DNA of 53,191 bases, counting the filler, from Bipalium vagum (Eukaryota), in the NCBI GenBank assembly GCA_037834085.1. It is 3 parts of 3 records of this genome, joined end to end, with 100 filler letters (N's around TTAATTAATTAA, not from the genome) between each part and the next. Parts side by side here need not be neighbours in the genome. Positions count along the whole stretch, not along the records: positions 1 to 16,272 come from JBBMKC010119413.1; positions 16,373 to 36,209 come from JBBMKC010262485.1; 1 more part is not named here. One strand, 5' to 3'. Numbering within the stretch: the first letter of the stretch is position 1; each line of letters begins with the position of its first letter. A model generated the notes under the pieces. That model searched no databases and was not told the DNA's origin. It saw only the letters and a program-made list of their open reading frames with translations. The translations under genes were made by a program, and so were the position numbers. This document shows positions 14,601-25,520 of the stretch, piece after piece.

Positions 14601-15449
14601 TTTCATGTTCCATCTAGTCTATACTTCCACTGTCTTCTTGGAAATGTTGTTACCACCTCTGGTACTGACGTAAGGTTAGAACATCCTTACTGAATACTTG
14701 ACATAGGATTCCGTGAGATTCATTTGCATTTCTTCCTTGTTTAAAATCATATAAAAGACATTCGTATACAATATTTTTGCTTAATCATGTCTTAAATGCT
14801 TATTACATTTTAAAAATCAATTATATATTGACATACTATAGCAAATGATTCACCAGAGATTGCTCTTCCAAATGTAGATTAAAACAAAAGCAAAAATATT
14901 ATTATGAACAAAAAAAGAGAATTAATCTTAGCCACATTTCAAATTCAACAACCTAATAAAAAATTGTCTAACGTTTTCACTGATTAAATATTATTTTTAT
15001 TATTTTAAAATAAGTGCTTCATTATTTATTTATTAATAACTTGACAATAAAAAAATGTGGATATCTTAATTATAAATCTTAAATATCAGATTACGACTAC
15101 AGAAAATATTCACGAGTCTTTCCGTTGCTGGATTACTACAGAAGGTCATCCAAAATTCCCAATTAATCTTTTACAATTGGGTATAAAGTTCACGTACGAC
15201 CCTCCACTTGGGATCAGAGCTGGTTTACGAAGAACTTATGCCTTAATCACACAAGATCAACTTGATATCACAAATGCCTTTCAATGGAAACCAATGCTTT
15301 TCTGCGTTGCTTTTCTCCATACCACTGTACAAGAAAGACGAAAATTTGGTCCGATCGGTTGGAACATTCCTTATGAATTTAATCAGTCAGATTTTACGGC
15401 AACTGTTCAATTCATTCAAAATCATCTCGATGATATGGACCTGAAACGA
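1538..15449 (+). CDS. DNAH5: Axonemal outer-arm dynein heavy chain (DNAH5/DNAH8-like), partial at both ends; 13 exons covering AAA2-AAA4, stalk/MTBD, AAA5 and AAA6
   Basis: Exons 1538-2676, 2750-3524, 5156-5549, 6489-6996, 8435-9088, 9132-9299, 10096-10491, 10544-11077, 11129-11678, 13204-13343, 13396-13696, 13744-13883, 15090-15449. All introns are GT-AG with consistent phase (6059 nt total). Motifs [53 protein letters not shown] and [17 protein letters not shown] match DNAH5/8. DNAH5 versus DNAH8 is not resolvable. Confidence 0.95.
2750..3524 (+). CDS. DNAH5: Dynein heavy chain exon (AAA3)
   Basis: ttcag|GGA ACT GCC AAG (GTAKT); [19 protein letters not shown]; donor ACAG|gtaaat. Confidence 0.93.
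4439..4860 (+). mobile_element. Tc1/mariner 5' fragment (HTH region) in a dynein intron
   Basis: TA-CAGGATGTG TIR-like start; ORF 4609..4833 [20 protein letters not shown] resembles the F-ETGSV-D-PRSGRP motif. Confidence 0.5.
5156..5549 (+). CDS. DNAH5: Dynein heavy chain exon (AAA4 P-loop)
   Basis: ttcag acceptor; [10 protein letters not shown] and [14 protein letters not shown]; donor AAG|gtttac. Confidence 0.92.
6489..6996 (+). CDS. DNAH5: Dynein heavy chain exon (AAA4)
   Basis: ttcag acceptor; [18 protein letters not shown]; donor CAA|gtaaaa. Confidence 0.92.
8435..9088 (+). CDS. DNAH5: Dynein heavy chain exon (stalk CC1 and MTBD)
   Basis: aaag|GAT CTC; [26 protein letters not shown]; donor AAA|gtaaaa. 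Confidence 0.9.
9132..9299 (+). CDS. DNAH5: Dynein heavy chain exon (MTBD/CC2), absent from the ORF track
   Basis: atag|[15 protein letters not shown]...[25 protein letters not shown]|gttagt. Confidence 0.92.
9961..10025 (+). pseudogene. Degenerate tRNA-like sequence, possibly a SINE head
   Basis: A-box-like TAGCGGTAGAG, B-box GTTCGAATCCC and partly complementary ends; no proper anticodon arm. Confidence 0.35.
10096..10491 (+). CDS. DNAH5: Dynein heavy chain exon (stalk CC2)
   Basis: ttag acceptor; [26 protein letters not shown]; donor AAT|gtaata. Confidence 0.92.
10544..11077 (+). CDS. DNAH5: Dynein heavy chain exon (AAA5)
   Basis: atag acceptor; [27 protein letters not shown]; donor CAA|gtttgt. 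Confidence 0.9.
11129..11678 (+). CDS. DNAH5: Dynein heavy chain exon (AAA5 / buttress)
   Basis: ttcag|ELEAER; [16 protein letters not shown]; donor AAAG|gtttac. Confidence 0.9.
11981..13100 (+). mobile_element. Decayed maT (DD37D) Tc1/mariner element in a dynein intron
   Basis: TA-CAGGATGTTC start. Translation [15 protein letters not shown]...LQRD-(37 codons)-DYYLW with WPSS motif; in-frame stops present. Confidence 0.75.
13204..13343 (+). CDS. DNAH5: Dynein heavy chain exon, absent from the ORF track
   Basis: ctag|[32 protein letters not shown]...NDK|gttaat. Confidence 0.9.
13396..13696 (+). CDS. DNAH5: Dynein heavy chain exon (start of AAA6)
   Basis: ttag|[13 protein letters not shown]...RSWCPDR...[10 protein letters not shown]; donor CTGA|gttatt. 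Confidence 0.9.
13744..13883 (+). CDS. DNAH5: Dynein heavy chain exon (AAA6)
   Basis: atag acceptor; [23 protein letters not shown]; donor ATA|gtaaat. Confidence 0.9.
13945..14370 (-). mobile_element. Mariner transposase N-terminal fragment (pseudogene)
   Basis: [28 protein letters not shown] and MIRKERKWT resemble the Mos1-type HTH and WVPHEL region. Confidence 0.65.
14480..14958 (-). mobile_element. Second mariner 5' fragment with a TTAGGTTG-type TIR
   Basis: [36 protein letters not shown] and TGRQLAEEF; caacctaata near 14950. Confidence 0.6.
15090..15449 (+). CDS. DNAH5: Dynein heavy chain exon (AAA6), last exon visible before the gap
   Basis: tcag acceptor; [28 protein letters not shown]; donor CGA|gtgggt. 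Confidence 0.9.
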
Positions 15450-16272
15450 GTGGGTTTTGTTCATAATTAATCACTTGAAGTAATAAATTAAAACAAAAAG
15501 ATATGATCGTTTAATTGTAAAAAATTGAATAATAAAAAGATACTTTATTGAATTATTAAAATTTTTTTTATAAATATTATTCAAATATTTTTAGCCCTGT
15601 TTCACTTTTGAATCCTTCACCCTGAATAGCGTAACAATAACCCAATATTTATTAAATCATTTATTAATGCCTATTTTCCTATTGATTGCCTGACCTGAGG
15701 TTATATGTTGTTCCTGATTGTGATGATCACTTAATGATCTCTTAATTTTTACTAAAAATGTTAATAAATAAATAATCAATAATTAAAATGTTATAACTTG
15801 TGTTCTTTAAGTCAGCAACATATATAGAGCCACCACTCAAAAAATAAACTAACTGTTTGCAAGTCTTAAAAGTAATATCAAAATTAATAATAATATTATT
15901 ATCATTATTAAGTTAGTCGGAAATGATCTCAGATTTTGACAATCAACCTTAGTCATAAATAAGTTAGTCTAAATAATTTTTGATAGTCAAAATAATTTTT
16001 ATTAGTCAACATAACAACCGCCAAAGTATACCCATGCTTGCCAACGGGAAATAAGCTTATTTATATATTAAAATTAATGACGTCACACTCTTTTCTTTAT
16101 ATCGAAACAATGCCACGAGAAATAAATGAAATAACTAAGTTCCAATAAAATAAACACGTTCTCAGAAGATATTTCTGTAGACTTGTAAATTAATAAACCC
16201 TAAAATTTCATTACTTTAAAAATTAAAATATATTTCTAAGAAATGAAAATTATACAGCACATTATATATATA

Positions 16273-16372
16273 NNNNNNNNNNNNNNNNNNNNNNNNNNNN
16301 NNNNNNNNNNNNNNNNTTAATTAATTAANNNNNNNNNNNNNNNNNNNNNNNNNNNNNNNNNNNNNNNNNNNN
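16273..16372. other. Artificial assembly linker (44 N + TTAATTAATTAA + 44 N)
   Basis: Exactly 100 bp; the 12-mer gives stops in all six frames. Confidence 0.97.
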
Positions 16373-17428
16373 CGTCATAATTATTTTGTGAATTTCTTAA
16401 ATCTGAGAAACATCAGTATATATGAGCTTAGACCCTTCATGTGTAACATCACTTCTAATTTGTTTTTCTTGATAGTATTCGTATTTTAAGTTTAATCACA
16501 CCTTTGGACTTTTAACATCTTTTTCTAACGTATTCAAAATGAGAAAAATTATATACAATATAATTTTAAAATGTACAAAATGTTAAATTATAAATATTGT
16601 AGTTTATTTTAAGTTCTACAATGCTCTATTTATTTATATATCTTTTAATTTTAAATATATTCTTATTTTTATAGTAATAATGATCGATTTTTTAAATTAT
16701 TTTTATTTAACTTAAGTGAAATATTCGAAAATAATCAATTAATTATTAAGGGATTAATAAATAAATATTAATTAATTATTATTATATTTAAATAAAATAA
16801 TCTTCGGATTTTAAATCAAATTTTTGTAGCAGAGTTTATAAAATAATTTAAAATTTTCCAAAAAATAAATAAAAATATTTTTACAAAGTTGTTAAAACTC
16901 CATGGTCTACCATTAATAAAATAATCTTTATAATAATATTTATAATAAAAAATTGAATTTCAATTAAGTAACATATTAATTTAAAATACTATCCCTTCTT
17001 ATAATTAATCTTAACATAGTTTTTAATTTTCTTATTGAGTTCTTATTTATTAGTACAAAGTTATTATATAAAGAACAATTAAAAATTGAATTAAATTAAA
17101 TTATAATTAAACAAAAAAATATCCAATGATTAGGAACGAAGTTGAGTTAGGAATCGAAACGAGTCTGAGTTGATATGAAAAAGAATTGTTACGAAATTGT
17201 ATTGAACACCTGTTAGATAGAAACAAAATTGATACAAGATTGAAGAAAATTTGGAACACGTTTATGTTTGTGTTGATCAACATTGTGTATATTATCATCG
17301 AATAAATTTTAGAAATTATATTTTTTTGCCCGCATCTCGAACGAGTTATTACTGAGAGAGAGATAAACAGAGTTTGGAGTGATAAAAGATTTCGAGATAC
17401 CATAAAAATTTGTTTATACTCATCTGAA

Positions 17429-18500
17429 TATGGGGTTGGCTAAGAAATCTTAAAACAAACATTTATTGAGAAAAATAATTGTACAAAAAAATAGTCATCT
17501 TTTGTCATCTTTCTGGTAAACTTTGAACGTCTTTCTCTCAGAATGTCGATGGCTGCGATTCGACAAAGTTTCATCCACATCTTGCAATTGTTTGTTACCA
17601 ACACATTGTTGTAATGCTACAAATAGATGGTAATCAGAAGTAGCTAGTTTGGAACTATAAACGGAGTGAAGCATAATTACCCAGTTCATTTCCTTCATTT
17701 TCTGTGAGGTTATGTTTGAACGATGCTCTTGTGAATTATCATGCTGATAAATAATTGATTTCGTAAAAGAGTATTTCATTTTTAAAGAAATCTTCAATTT
17801 GCAAATTTGTTTGCAATAAACATGAGTATTAACCGCTGTATTTTTTGGAAGCACATAAAATAAAACCATACCAATAATATCCCACCAAACAGAGATCATA
17901 ATATTTTTTTAACGTAGAGAACTATTTGGACTCAATCATGAATTTTTCAGTATAACTTTTGAGAAAAAAGCAGATGCAAGCCAACTGAAATAATGAGCTC
18001 TTGTGAGCAGACTTTGACAAATGGTTATGTGCGCTACTTTGTTGTTTCAGTCAAATAATGTGGCATCCATTTTCTAATTTTATTGTGTTTTTCCAACTTG
18101 TGCAAATGACGTTTACTGGTTCCATAAACACTTTTAAATTTTGGAACAAGTTCTCGGGTTTTCATAGTCAAATATTCTTGGATCATTGTAATCATTATTG
18201 TTATCATCGATTTCTGTAGACTAACCAACAATTAGTTGACCTACAAGATCAAAATCTTCAAAACCAAAATGTTTGTACCTCAGACAATTGATGGCCTTCT
18301 CACCAAATGCGATACATAAGCTTGTGTGTTTTCTCCTCATATCTATTGCTTTTGAAGTGGTACAGGATAAGAATGCACAGAGCTCCCCAATATAACTTGA
18401 TATTGTGAACCATTGTGAATTGATTCTTATTTATTTTTATTTAATTGATATACTAAAAAGTAAGTATCAAAGGTCATCAATATGTATCCTATATATGGCG
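17429..18500 (-). mobile_element. Decayed mariner element
   Basis: ORFs 17495..17899 (MISVWWD...QHDN...YSSKLATSDYHLF) and 18034..18231 (KWMPHYL); TA-TGGGGTTGGC TIR at 17429; other end not seen. Confidence 0.85.
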
Positions 18501-18529
18501 GCAAAAAAATTTTTTTAATGTTCCTTATT

Positions 18530-19763
18530 TATCATGTTTGGGCTTAATTAATGCAGGCTTTTGGCATTCATATTTGTAAAGTAAAAGATTTTCAAGAAAT
18601 AATTGTTTTAATATATCATTTTGGAGATAGTTATTTACTCTTTATTTAAATACTAATCATTAAAAATTAATAAACATTAGTTATGTTTATTTAGCCTGAA
18701 AACAATGAATGCCAAAAGTAAATTTAAGAGTAATTTTCTTCTACGAGTTCAAACTCGTACGTACTATAGCAGAAACATTTCGAAATGTTAACAATTTTTG
18801 GGAAAGGGAACAATTAACGAATCCACAGTTCAATGTTGATTCAAAAAATTTCGAAATGGAAATTTTACCCTTAATGATCAGTAAAGATCGTTATCGCCAT
18901 GGAGATGTTAACAATGATCAACTGAAAGACATTATCGAAGTTGATAGTCGAAAATAAACATGAGAAGTTGCCTTATAAAACAGGCATTAATTATAAAACG
19001 GTCTGGCATCACCTGAAGGAGATAGAAAGGTAAAAAGCCTGAAAAATTCGTATCGCATATTCTGAACAAAAACCAAGAGGATCGTCATTATGAGATCTAT
19101 TGCTCACTTCCTAAACGGAATGAAACCGACCAATTTCTCGATCTTATCGGTACATGTGATGAGAAATGGGTTTCTTATGACAACAGAAAGTGTTCTGCTC
19201 CTTGATTGGGCAAAGATGAGAAGCCGAAACAATTCCAAAGCCGAATTTTTACTAAAAAAGGATTATGTTAACTGCATGGTGGTATTTCAATGACATCATT
19301 TACTATAATTAAAACAGGTTTTGCAAAGATATCGAGGAAGTGCACAAAAAACTTACAATTCTTTGTGCAGCATTGGTCAACAAAAAGGGACCAATGATGT
19401 TGAATGACAACGCCCAGCTACATGTTGCACAGATTACGCAACAGAAGCTCAGCCAGTTTAATTAAGAAATTCTTTCTCACTCGCCATTTTCTCCAGGCTC
19501 TCCCCAACACCTGCTTACACATCTTGAACAATTCATGCAGAAGAAACCATTCAAAGACAAGGATGCTGTTGAAAATGTCTTTCTGGCTTTCATAGATACC
19601 AGAACTCCGGATTTCTATGCTACAGGACTAAATAAGCTTGTTTCCCATTGGCAACAATTTGTTCAATCAAATGTATGCTATTTTGATGAATAAAGTTGTT
19701 TTATAGTGATAGCGTTTTAAAGTTAAGACAAAAAACCTGCATTAATTATACGCAAACCTGATA
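18530..19763 (+). mobile_element. Full-length decayed mariner element with paired TIRs and TA flanks
   Basis: Left TATCATGTTTGGGCTTAATTAATGCAGG matches right-end reverse complement TATCAGGTTTGCGTATAATTAATGCAGG. ORF 18709 (MPKVNLRVIFFYEFKL) plus frameshifted TCDEKW and LNDNA motifs. Confidence 0.88.
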
Positions 19764-20038
19764 ATTATATTAAATAAAAGATTCATGTTAAAAAGTCTAT
19801 AAACTTATCAGACAACTTGTTCTTAACATAATGTTAACATGGTAAATGTTCTAAGTTGATCAAAATTTCACCAATAAGATGACCATAACATTATAAAAGT
19901 AAATGAATTATTCGAAAGCTCATATTCATTTTAAGCTTTTATGTCTAAAATGAGGAAAATTCTGGTAAATTTGTGAAAAAAATCGTAAAATTAATTCAAG
20001 TTGCTTTTTCCTAATCAAATTTATTACAATTTTAAATG

Positions 20039-20450
20039 TACAGTCTTGGTAATAATTCAGAGGCCACCATTCAATTTTATAAAATAGTTTTAAATATACA
20101 TTTCGTTACAAAAAGTATTATGAAAACATGTACAAGCATTAAGTTTTTGCATAATTTGTAGTATACATATAATATCACTATTAGTTAGTGTTTTTACCCT
20201 TTGCCGCCAGTAGAATCAATCAATTTTGAGCAATAGTTCATGATAAATTCGTAAACCAAAACAAGTTTAATTATTTAAATTAAATTTAGGTGTGACATAG
20301 CATTATGCAGTGACACTTTTTGTTTGTTTTAACTTTCCAGCCATGAGCCCAAGACATTAATTTTATATTAATATTATTATTAATAAGCCAAGTTTTGTTG
20401 ATGCGCGCCTGATGGCAAGGTGCTCCATAATGTTGGAACTAATCACAATT
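20039..20450 (-). mobile_element. Tc1-like 3' fragment
   Basis: TA-CAGTCTTGG TIR at 20039; - strand QHYGAPCHQARINKTWL and AAKG C-terminal-like motif. Confidence 0.55.
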
Positions 20451-21449
20451 TCTAATTGAGAGAGAAGGTTTAACTTTTTCTTTTAGAATCGTTTTATAGA
20501 TAGTTGTATTGACAGTTTAATTTTGATGAAGAAACCAGAGTCCACAAGAATAGAAGTAAATAACTGACAGGGTAGCTGATTAATTATGGCCACGACTGTA
20601 AAATATGAAAATGATGTTACAAAACGAAAATCAAAACTCCTTTATGTTTACTTGTAAAATATTAATTCTTTAGCTATTTGTTCCTTTTGTAATTAATTCA
20701 TAATATATTAAATATTTTAATGTCTTATTATACTACTCTTTACAAGCTTAACAATCCACAGTTGTTTAAATTATTATATTTATTAAAAAATAATGCTGAA
20801 TTGGTGATTAATATTTCATTAAAAAATTATAATTAAATTAAAAAATTAATTGAAAATATTTTATATTTGAAAAACGATTCTCAAATTTTAAGCGATTTTG
20901 TATAACCCTATTCCAAGTTATAATAAAAAAAAAGAATAGAAAATGACATTAAAATAAAATATTCTAGAATTCTTGAAATAATTTTTAACTCTTTCAGATG
21001 TCCGAATATCTTTAAAAGATTATTTATATTAAAAATAAAATCATTTATCAACACTTTTATGGCAATAGTAAATTGACAACCGTGTTTAAATATTAATTCT
21101 GTTTTATTTCATTGGACAATATTGCATTAAAAAAAAATGTTTTTTCTATATTTAATAAAAATATTTTGTAAATCCATTTAATGTTTTTTATTCATCTCAT
21201 TACCTAAGATCATCAGTGTTATTTCATGGTTATCCCTTGGATTTTTTGAGTGAAAGTTTAATAAGGCTTTTTAAATAAATGATTGCAATTATACCTATTT
21301 TTAAATTAAAACAACCTCTTCTAATTTATTAAAATAATATATAAAATAATTTTAAAATTTATTTTCATAATTTTATTTTTGTAATATTAATATGTTCTTC
21401 CATAAAAAGGGCTCTTTTTGTTAAAAAGTTTCAACAGATACTTTATATT

Positions 21450-22350
21450 TTACAAGACAAAATTCTCAAACAAAAATAAAATCTATCGTTTTTGACAGGC
21501 AAGAGTTAAATGAGAGTTATATTTTGAATCCTTTTTTCATAATATTCTGCAAGTCGAGAGTCAACAAACTTGGTCAAAGAGCTTCTTCATTTTCAAAGCA
21601 CGGTCCTTCAAAAATGGGACATTGTCCAAAAGAAATAGAAGTCAAAAGATCCGACATGTGGTGAGTACAACGGATGAGACAATAGTTCAATTCCACCAAG
21701 ACTACTTGTGATGGATAAATGTACAAGTTTAAATTATTATCATCTGAAATAAGTTCAAGGAAAAGGAAACGAAGAACATGACATTTTTTTTCTAATCATT
21801 GTACTTTAATATAAGAAAGTAGTGGTTAATATCTAGATAACCGTTGATATTTTCTTTTTGGTTATTAAATAAGATCTACTTTTTATCTTGGCCACAATCC
21901 GATTGAAAAACAGTGTTCCAATTTGAATTTTAAAAGTGAATTGGAAATTTCAAGCCTCTTATTTGACCGACTTTTTGACACTGCATAAAGGTCGATACGA
22001 AAGGCTTTATATTTTTCCCAATAGAATGATGATATCGTTAGACTTTGAAAAAACACCTTTAGCGGCTAATCGACGAATTGATTGAGACAGATTGGATTCA
22101 ACAGATTCTTTCAAGATATCTTCATCAAACACGGATATCCTTCCGCAAATGGGTGGATGTCACCCAATTTCAAACTGGTCCCCTTGTTTTTCTAATCTGG
22201 AACTTCAATTTCTGCAATAAAAAATATGGCTTCCGACATGGACAAATTTATTTTCCAATAATGTCGTAAAATTACTAGAATCTCATATTTCATATTTGGT
22301 GCTAAAAATAGATTTTTAAAACCAATTTATATAAAACCATTTTCGCTATT
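21450..22350 (-). mobile_element. Highly decayed mariner relic
   Basis: - strand LYSPHVGSFDFYF (YSPDLAPSD-like) and LAEYYEK; boundaries approximate. Confidence 0.5.
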
Positions 22351-23877
22351 ATATTTAACAGTTTAAGCGAATTTTAAAACAATACTAAATTATTTCACAT
22401 GTCTTTATACAAAAAATGTTTCACTGAACCGTTAATAGCGAAAAACGAAATTTTTGAGGGAAGATAATGTGAATGTATAAATAAATTATTAAGTACAGAA
22501 ATTTAGTGAGGTTTTTTAATAATGTACAAATTTTTAAAATGAAATAAATGTTTGATAGGTATACAGTTAAAATCATTTCGGAATAAAATTCTCCACGTGA
22601 CATTATTTAAAATAATTCGGTAAGAGGCCGCAATTTATGGTCAAGTCGTTTAAATATATCAATTAATTATTTATTTCATTCATAAATTTTATCAATGAAA
22701 TAAATTTCTGAATTAACCTGAGGTATTATTTTTAATAGTTTTCCATAATTGTGGAATAAAAAATGTAATATGTATTAATAATTTGAAATGACTTATTTTA
22801 TTTTATTAGTGCAAAAAATAATACAATATTTATTATTAAGATAAATACACTAAAATAACCTTGGTAGTAAAAATATAGTAAAAATGAAGTATTTAAACAA
22901 CTTGACCCCAAATTGTGACTTACTACCGTTAATTCTCATTAAGCCTTTATCTATCTAACTTTTTATCTATAAAGTCTATTTATTGCAGAGCATGTTTGAC
23001 TATTAGAGTGAAATAAAAACCTTCCAAACTTAATTTTGATAAATATTTTATATCCAAGAACTGGGTTTTGTGGACGAAAAGTAAAGATGTTGAAGCCCTA
23101 TTTATAAAAAATTTAAAGAGAAAAATTAACAACAAAAAATATTAAAGTACTTTGAAAAATTAAATTGTTTATTTCTTCACAGTTCAACAAATAAACAATA
23201 TCTTTCAAAAGAATTTATCAGAGATAATGATAATGTTAATATAACAAATTCCGATATTTTATTGCTGACCCTGCCTCCATGGGCATAATTTGTAGAGTAC
23301 AGATGCTGAGAAACATTAAGATTTATAATTATTAACAAACAGATAATATTATTTGCAATTAAGTAACAAATTCTAATGATCGCAAGAATTTAGAAAAGTG
23401 AAAATAATTTGTTTTAGTCATTATCAAAATTTATCTAATAAATATATTAACGCGTTAGACATGGTTGAGGTTGATTTCTTAATGGACTGTCCTGAACAAT
23501 ATTTGAGTAGAGTAAATAATGAAGAAAATCCGTTCATTTTCCCTCAAAAGAATAATTCCACTCTCTTAATATTACTGTCTTCATTTTAATATCTATCATA
23601 TATTCCAAAGATTAATGTGGGAAAAATGAAAATACTATTTATTTAATTAACTATTTTATTTATACATTGAAATCGTTGCTTTGAATCAACAAGCATTTCT
23701 GGAAGCGTCATATTATTTTACAAATTATTTAATAAGAAAAGTAACAGAAAATTGTTTAAACTAATATTTATTTATTAAACTTTTGTTTTAATGATAAAAA
23801 AAATTTCAAAAATTAATTTTTCAATTGATACTATTACAAAAATGTGAAAGATCTTAAGAATTTCTTCTTAGTAAAAT

Positions 23878-24105
23878 ATAAACAACAACAACAATAATAA
23901 TATTATTATTATTAATAATAATATTATTATTATTATCATTATTATTATTGTTATTAATATTCATTTTACAATTATTATTACCATTATTGATATTGCTCTT
24001 TATATTATTATTATTACTATAATTATTACTATTATTATTATTACTATTATTATTATTACTATTATTATTATATTAATTATAATATTATACTATATTATTA
24101 CTTAT
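23878..24105. repeat. Degenerate (AAC)/(AAT)/(ATT)n low-complexity tract
   Basis: Visible trinucleotide runs. Confidence 0.8.
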
Positions 24106-24393
24106 TTACTTTTTATCCTACTACAATTTTAAAAATCCGGGTCTATATCACTAGAACAAAAGAATGCTGTCGTAATCGTCATGTATGAATCTGTTAGAAT
24201 ACATCATAATTATAATCTTGAGACAAAAGTCTGCCAAGTTCTAGAAATCGACATTCAGTAAATTTTAATTTTGTGAAAAATTTTGAAAAAAAATGGTCTA
24301 AAATAATATGAAGTATCATGAAAACTATAATTTTCGGACTAAAATGCACACTTTGAAACAGTTGTTATTTAATTTTATATAATAATAATTGTC

Positions 24394-25520
24394 GGATCAT
24401 GTTTTTTTTGACTCGAAGGTCAAAATACAAACTTGGTCTAATTGGAAGGTCAAAATAAAAACATGATGAAACTGAAAAAATATGACAATATGAAAGAAAA
24501 AGAAAACATCAAATATTTGTTTTTTTTCTTTTGTATATTCTGTTTCCACATCCATTCACAAAGTTATGAATGGAGGACAGCACCATATACGCCTTTCATT
24601 GCGACTATCTTATTCTTCAGTTTTCCCCACATGGACTCTATTCGTTGTGTATGAGTACCGGTCTCCCTGTTGACAAAGGACATCTTATGGTTCACCGTTT
24701 GATGTATATAATTTTTGTCCTTAGATAATTGCGAATAAGCTCGCCATTCGTCACTCATTATAATGGAACCACTCTCAACAATGGCTCTTACAATTGGTAA
24801 TAAAGTGGCAGATTTTTTTTTTATTTTAAGTGGCAAAGAAAATATTAAAATACCTAAATAAGGATTCGTCTATCTGATTGATTCGCTCTGGTCCACCCAA
24901 CCTAATTGAATTTTCCTGGAAAAAAATCTCACATTATTGTCTCATTTGTGAATAAAAATCAACAATGACTGACTTTGATAGTCCAGTGTCTTCAATGGCA
25001 GACTTTTGTGATCTGTCCAGAGCCCATAAATGTATAAATTAATTATTTTAAATTTTTCAGAAAACGATTTTCTCCTGATAGAAAAATATTTAGTATAATT
25101 TTTACAATTTTTACTAAAACAGCGCCATGAAACACAATCAGTGTTTCTTTTTGATTTGCTTTCCTTAAATTGATTGTCACAACCATCGCATGTATCTAAA
25201 AATTAAAATAATGAAAATAAATAAATAATATTATGAATGCCTGATAATAATAACATATTATTTTCTCTTAAAAAGCAAACTGCATCAGCTGGGATAACTA
25301 GAACTAACGTATTAATTTCTTTCAAATCCATTTTATACAAATAAGATATCAAATATCAAATAAAATCATGACATAATGTGTAGGTCAAAATAAAAACTTG
25401 ATCTAATTGGAAGGTCAAAATAAAAACTTGATCTAATTGGAAGGTCAAAATAAAAACTTGGTCTAATTGGAAGGTCAAAATAAAAACATGATACCTAAAA
25501 AGGTCAAAAAAACATGATCC
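24394..25520 (-). mobile_element. Merlin-superfamily (IS1595/ISXO2-like) DNA transposon, internally deleted
   Basis: TIRs GGATCATG(T)7-8GAC at 24394-24412 and 25503-25520. - strand CDGC...WRC...C Zn ribbon, LGGPERINQIDES, SDEWRAY, VNH and HTQRIESMW. No clean TSD. Confidence 0.88.
25381..25492 (+). repeat. 30-bp subterminal tandem repeat (about 3.7 copies) of the Merlin element
   Basis: Unit AAGGTCAAAATAAAAACTTG(A/G)TCTAATTGG; about 1.8 further copies at 24415-24467. Confidence 0.92.

Noticed and set aside
16317-16328. TTAATTAATTAA as a piggyBac target or biological palindrome
   Set aside because: It is centred in symmetrical N runs and repeated identically at 36254, so it is an assembly linker.
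22900-23600. Slightly coding-like stretch including ORF 23398..23589
   Set aside because: No recognisable domain and no coherent splice model.
25381-25492. CRISPR-like array of 30-bp repeats
   Set aside because: The units are head-to-tail with no unique spacers, lie inside a Merlin element, and the context is eukaryotic with no cas genes.
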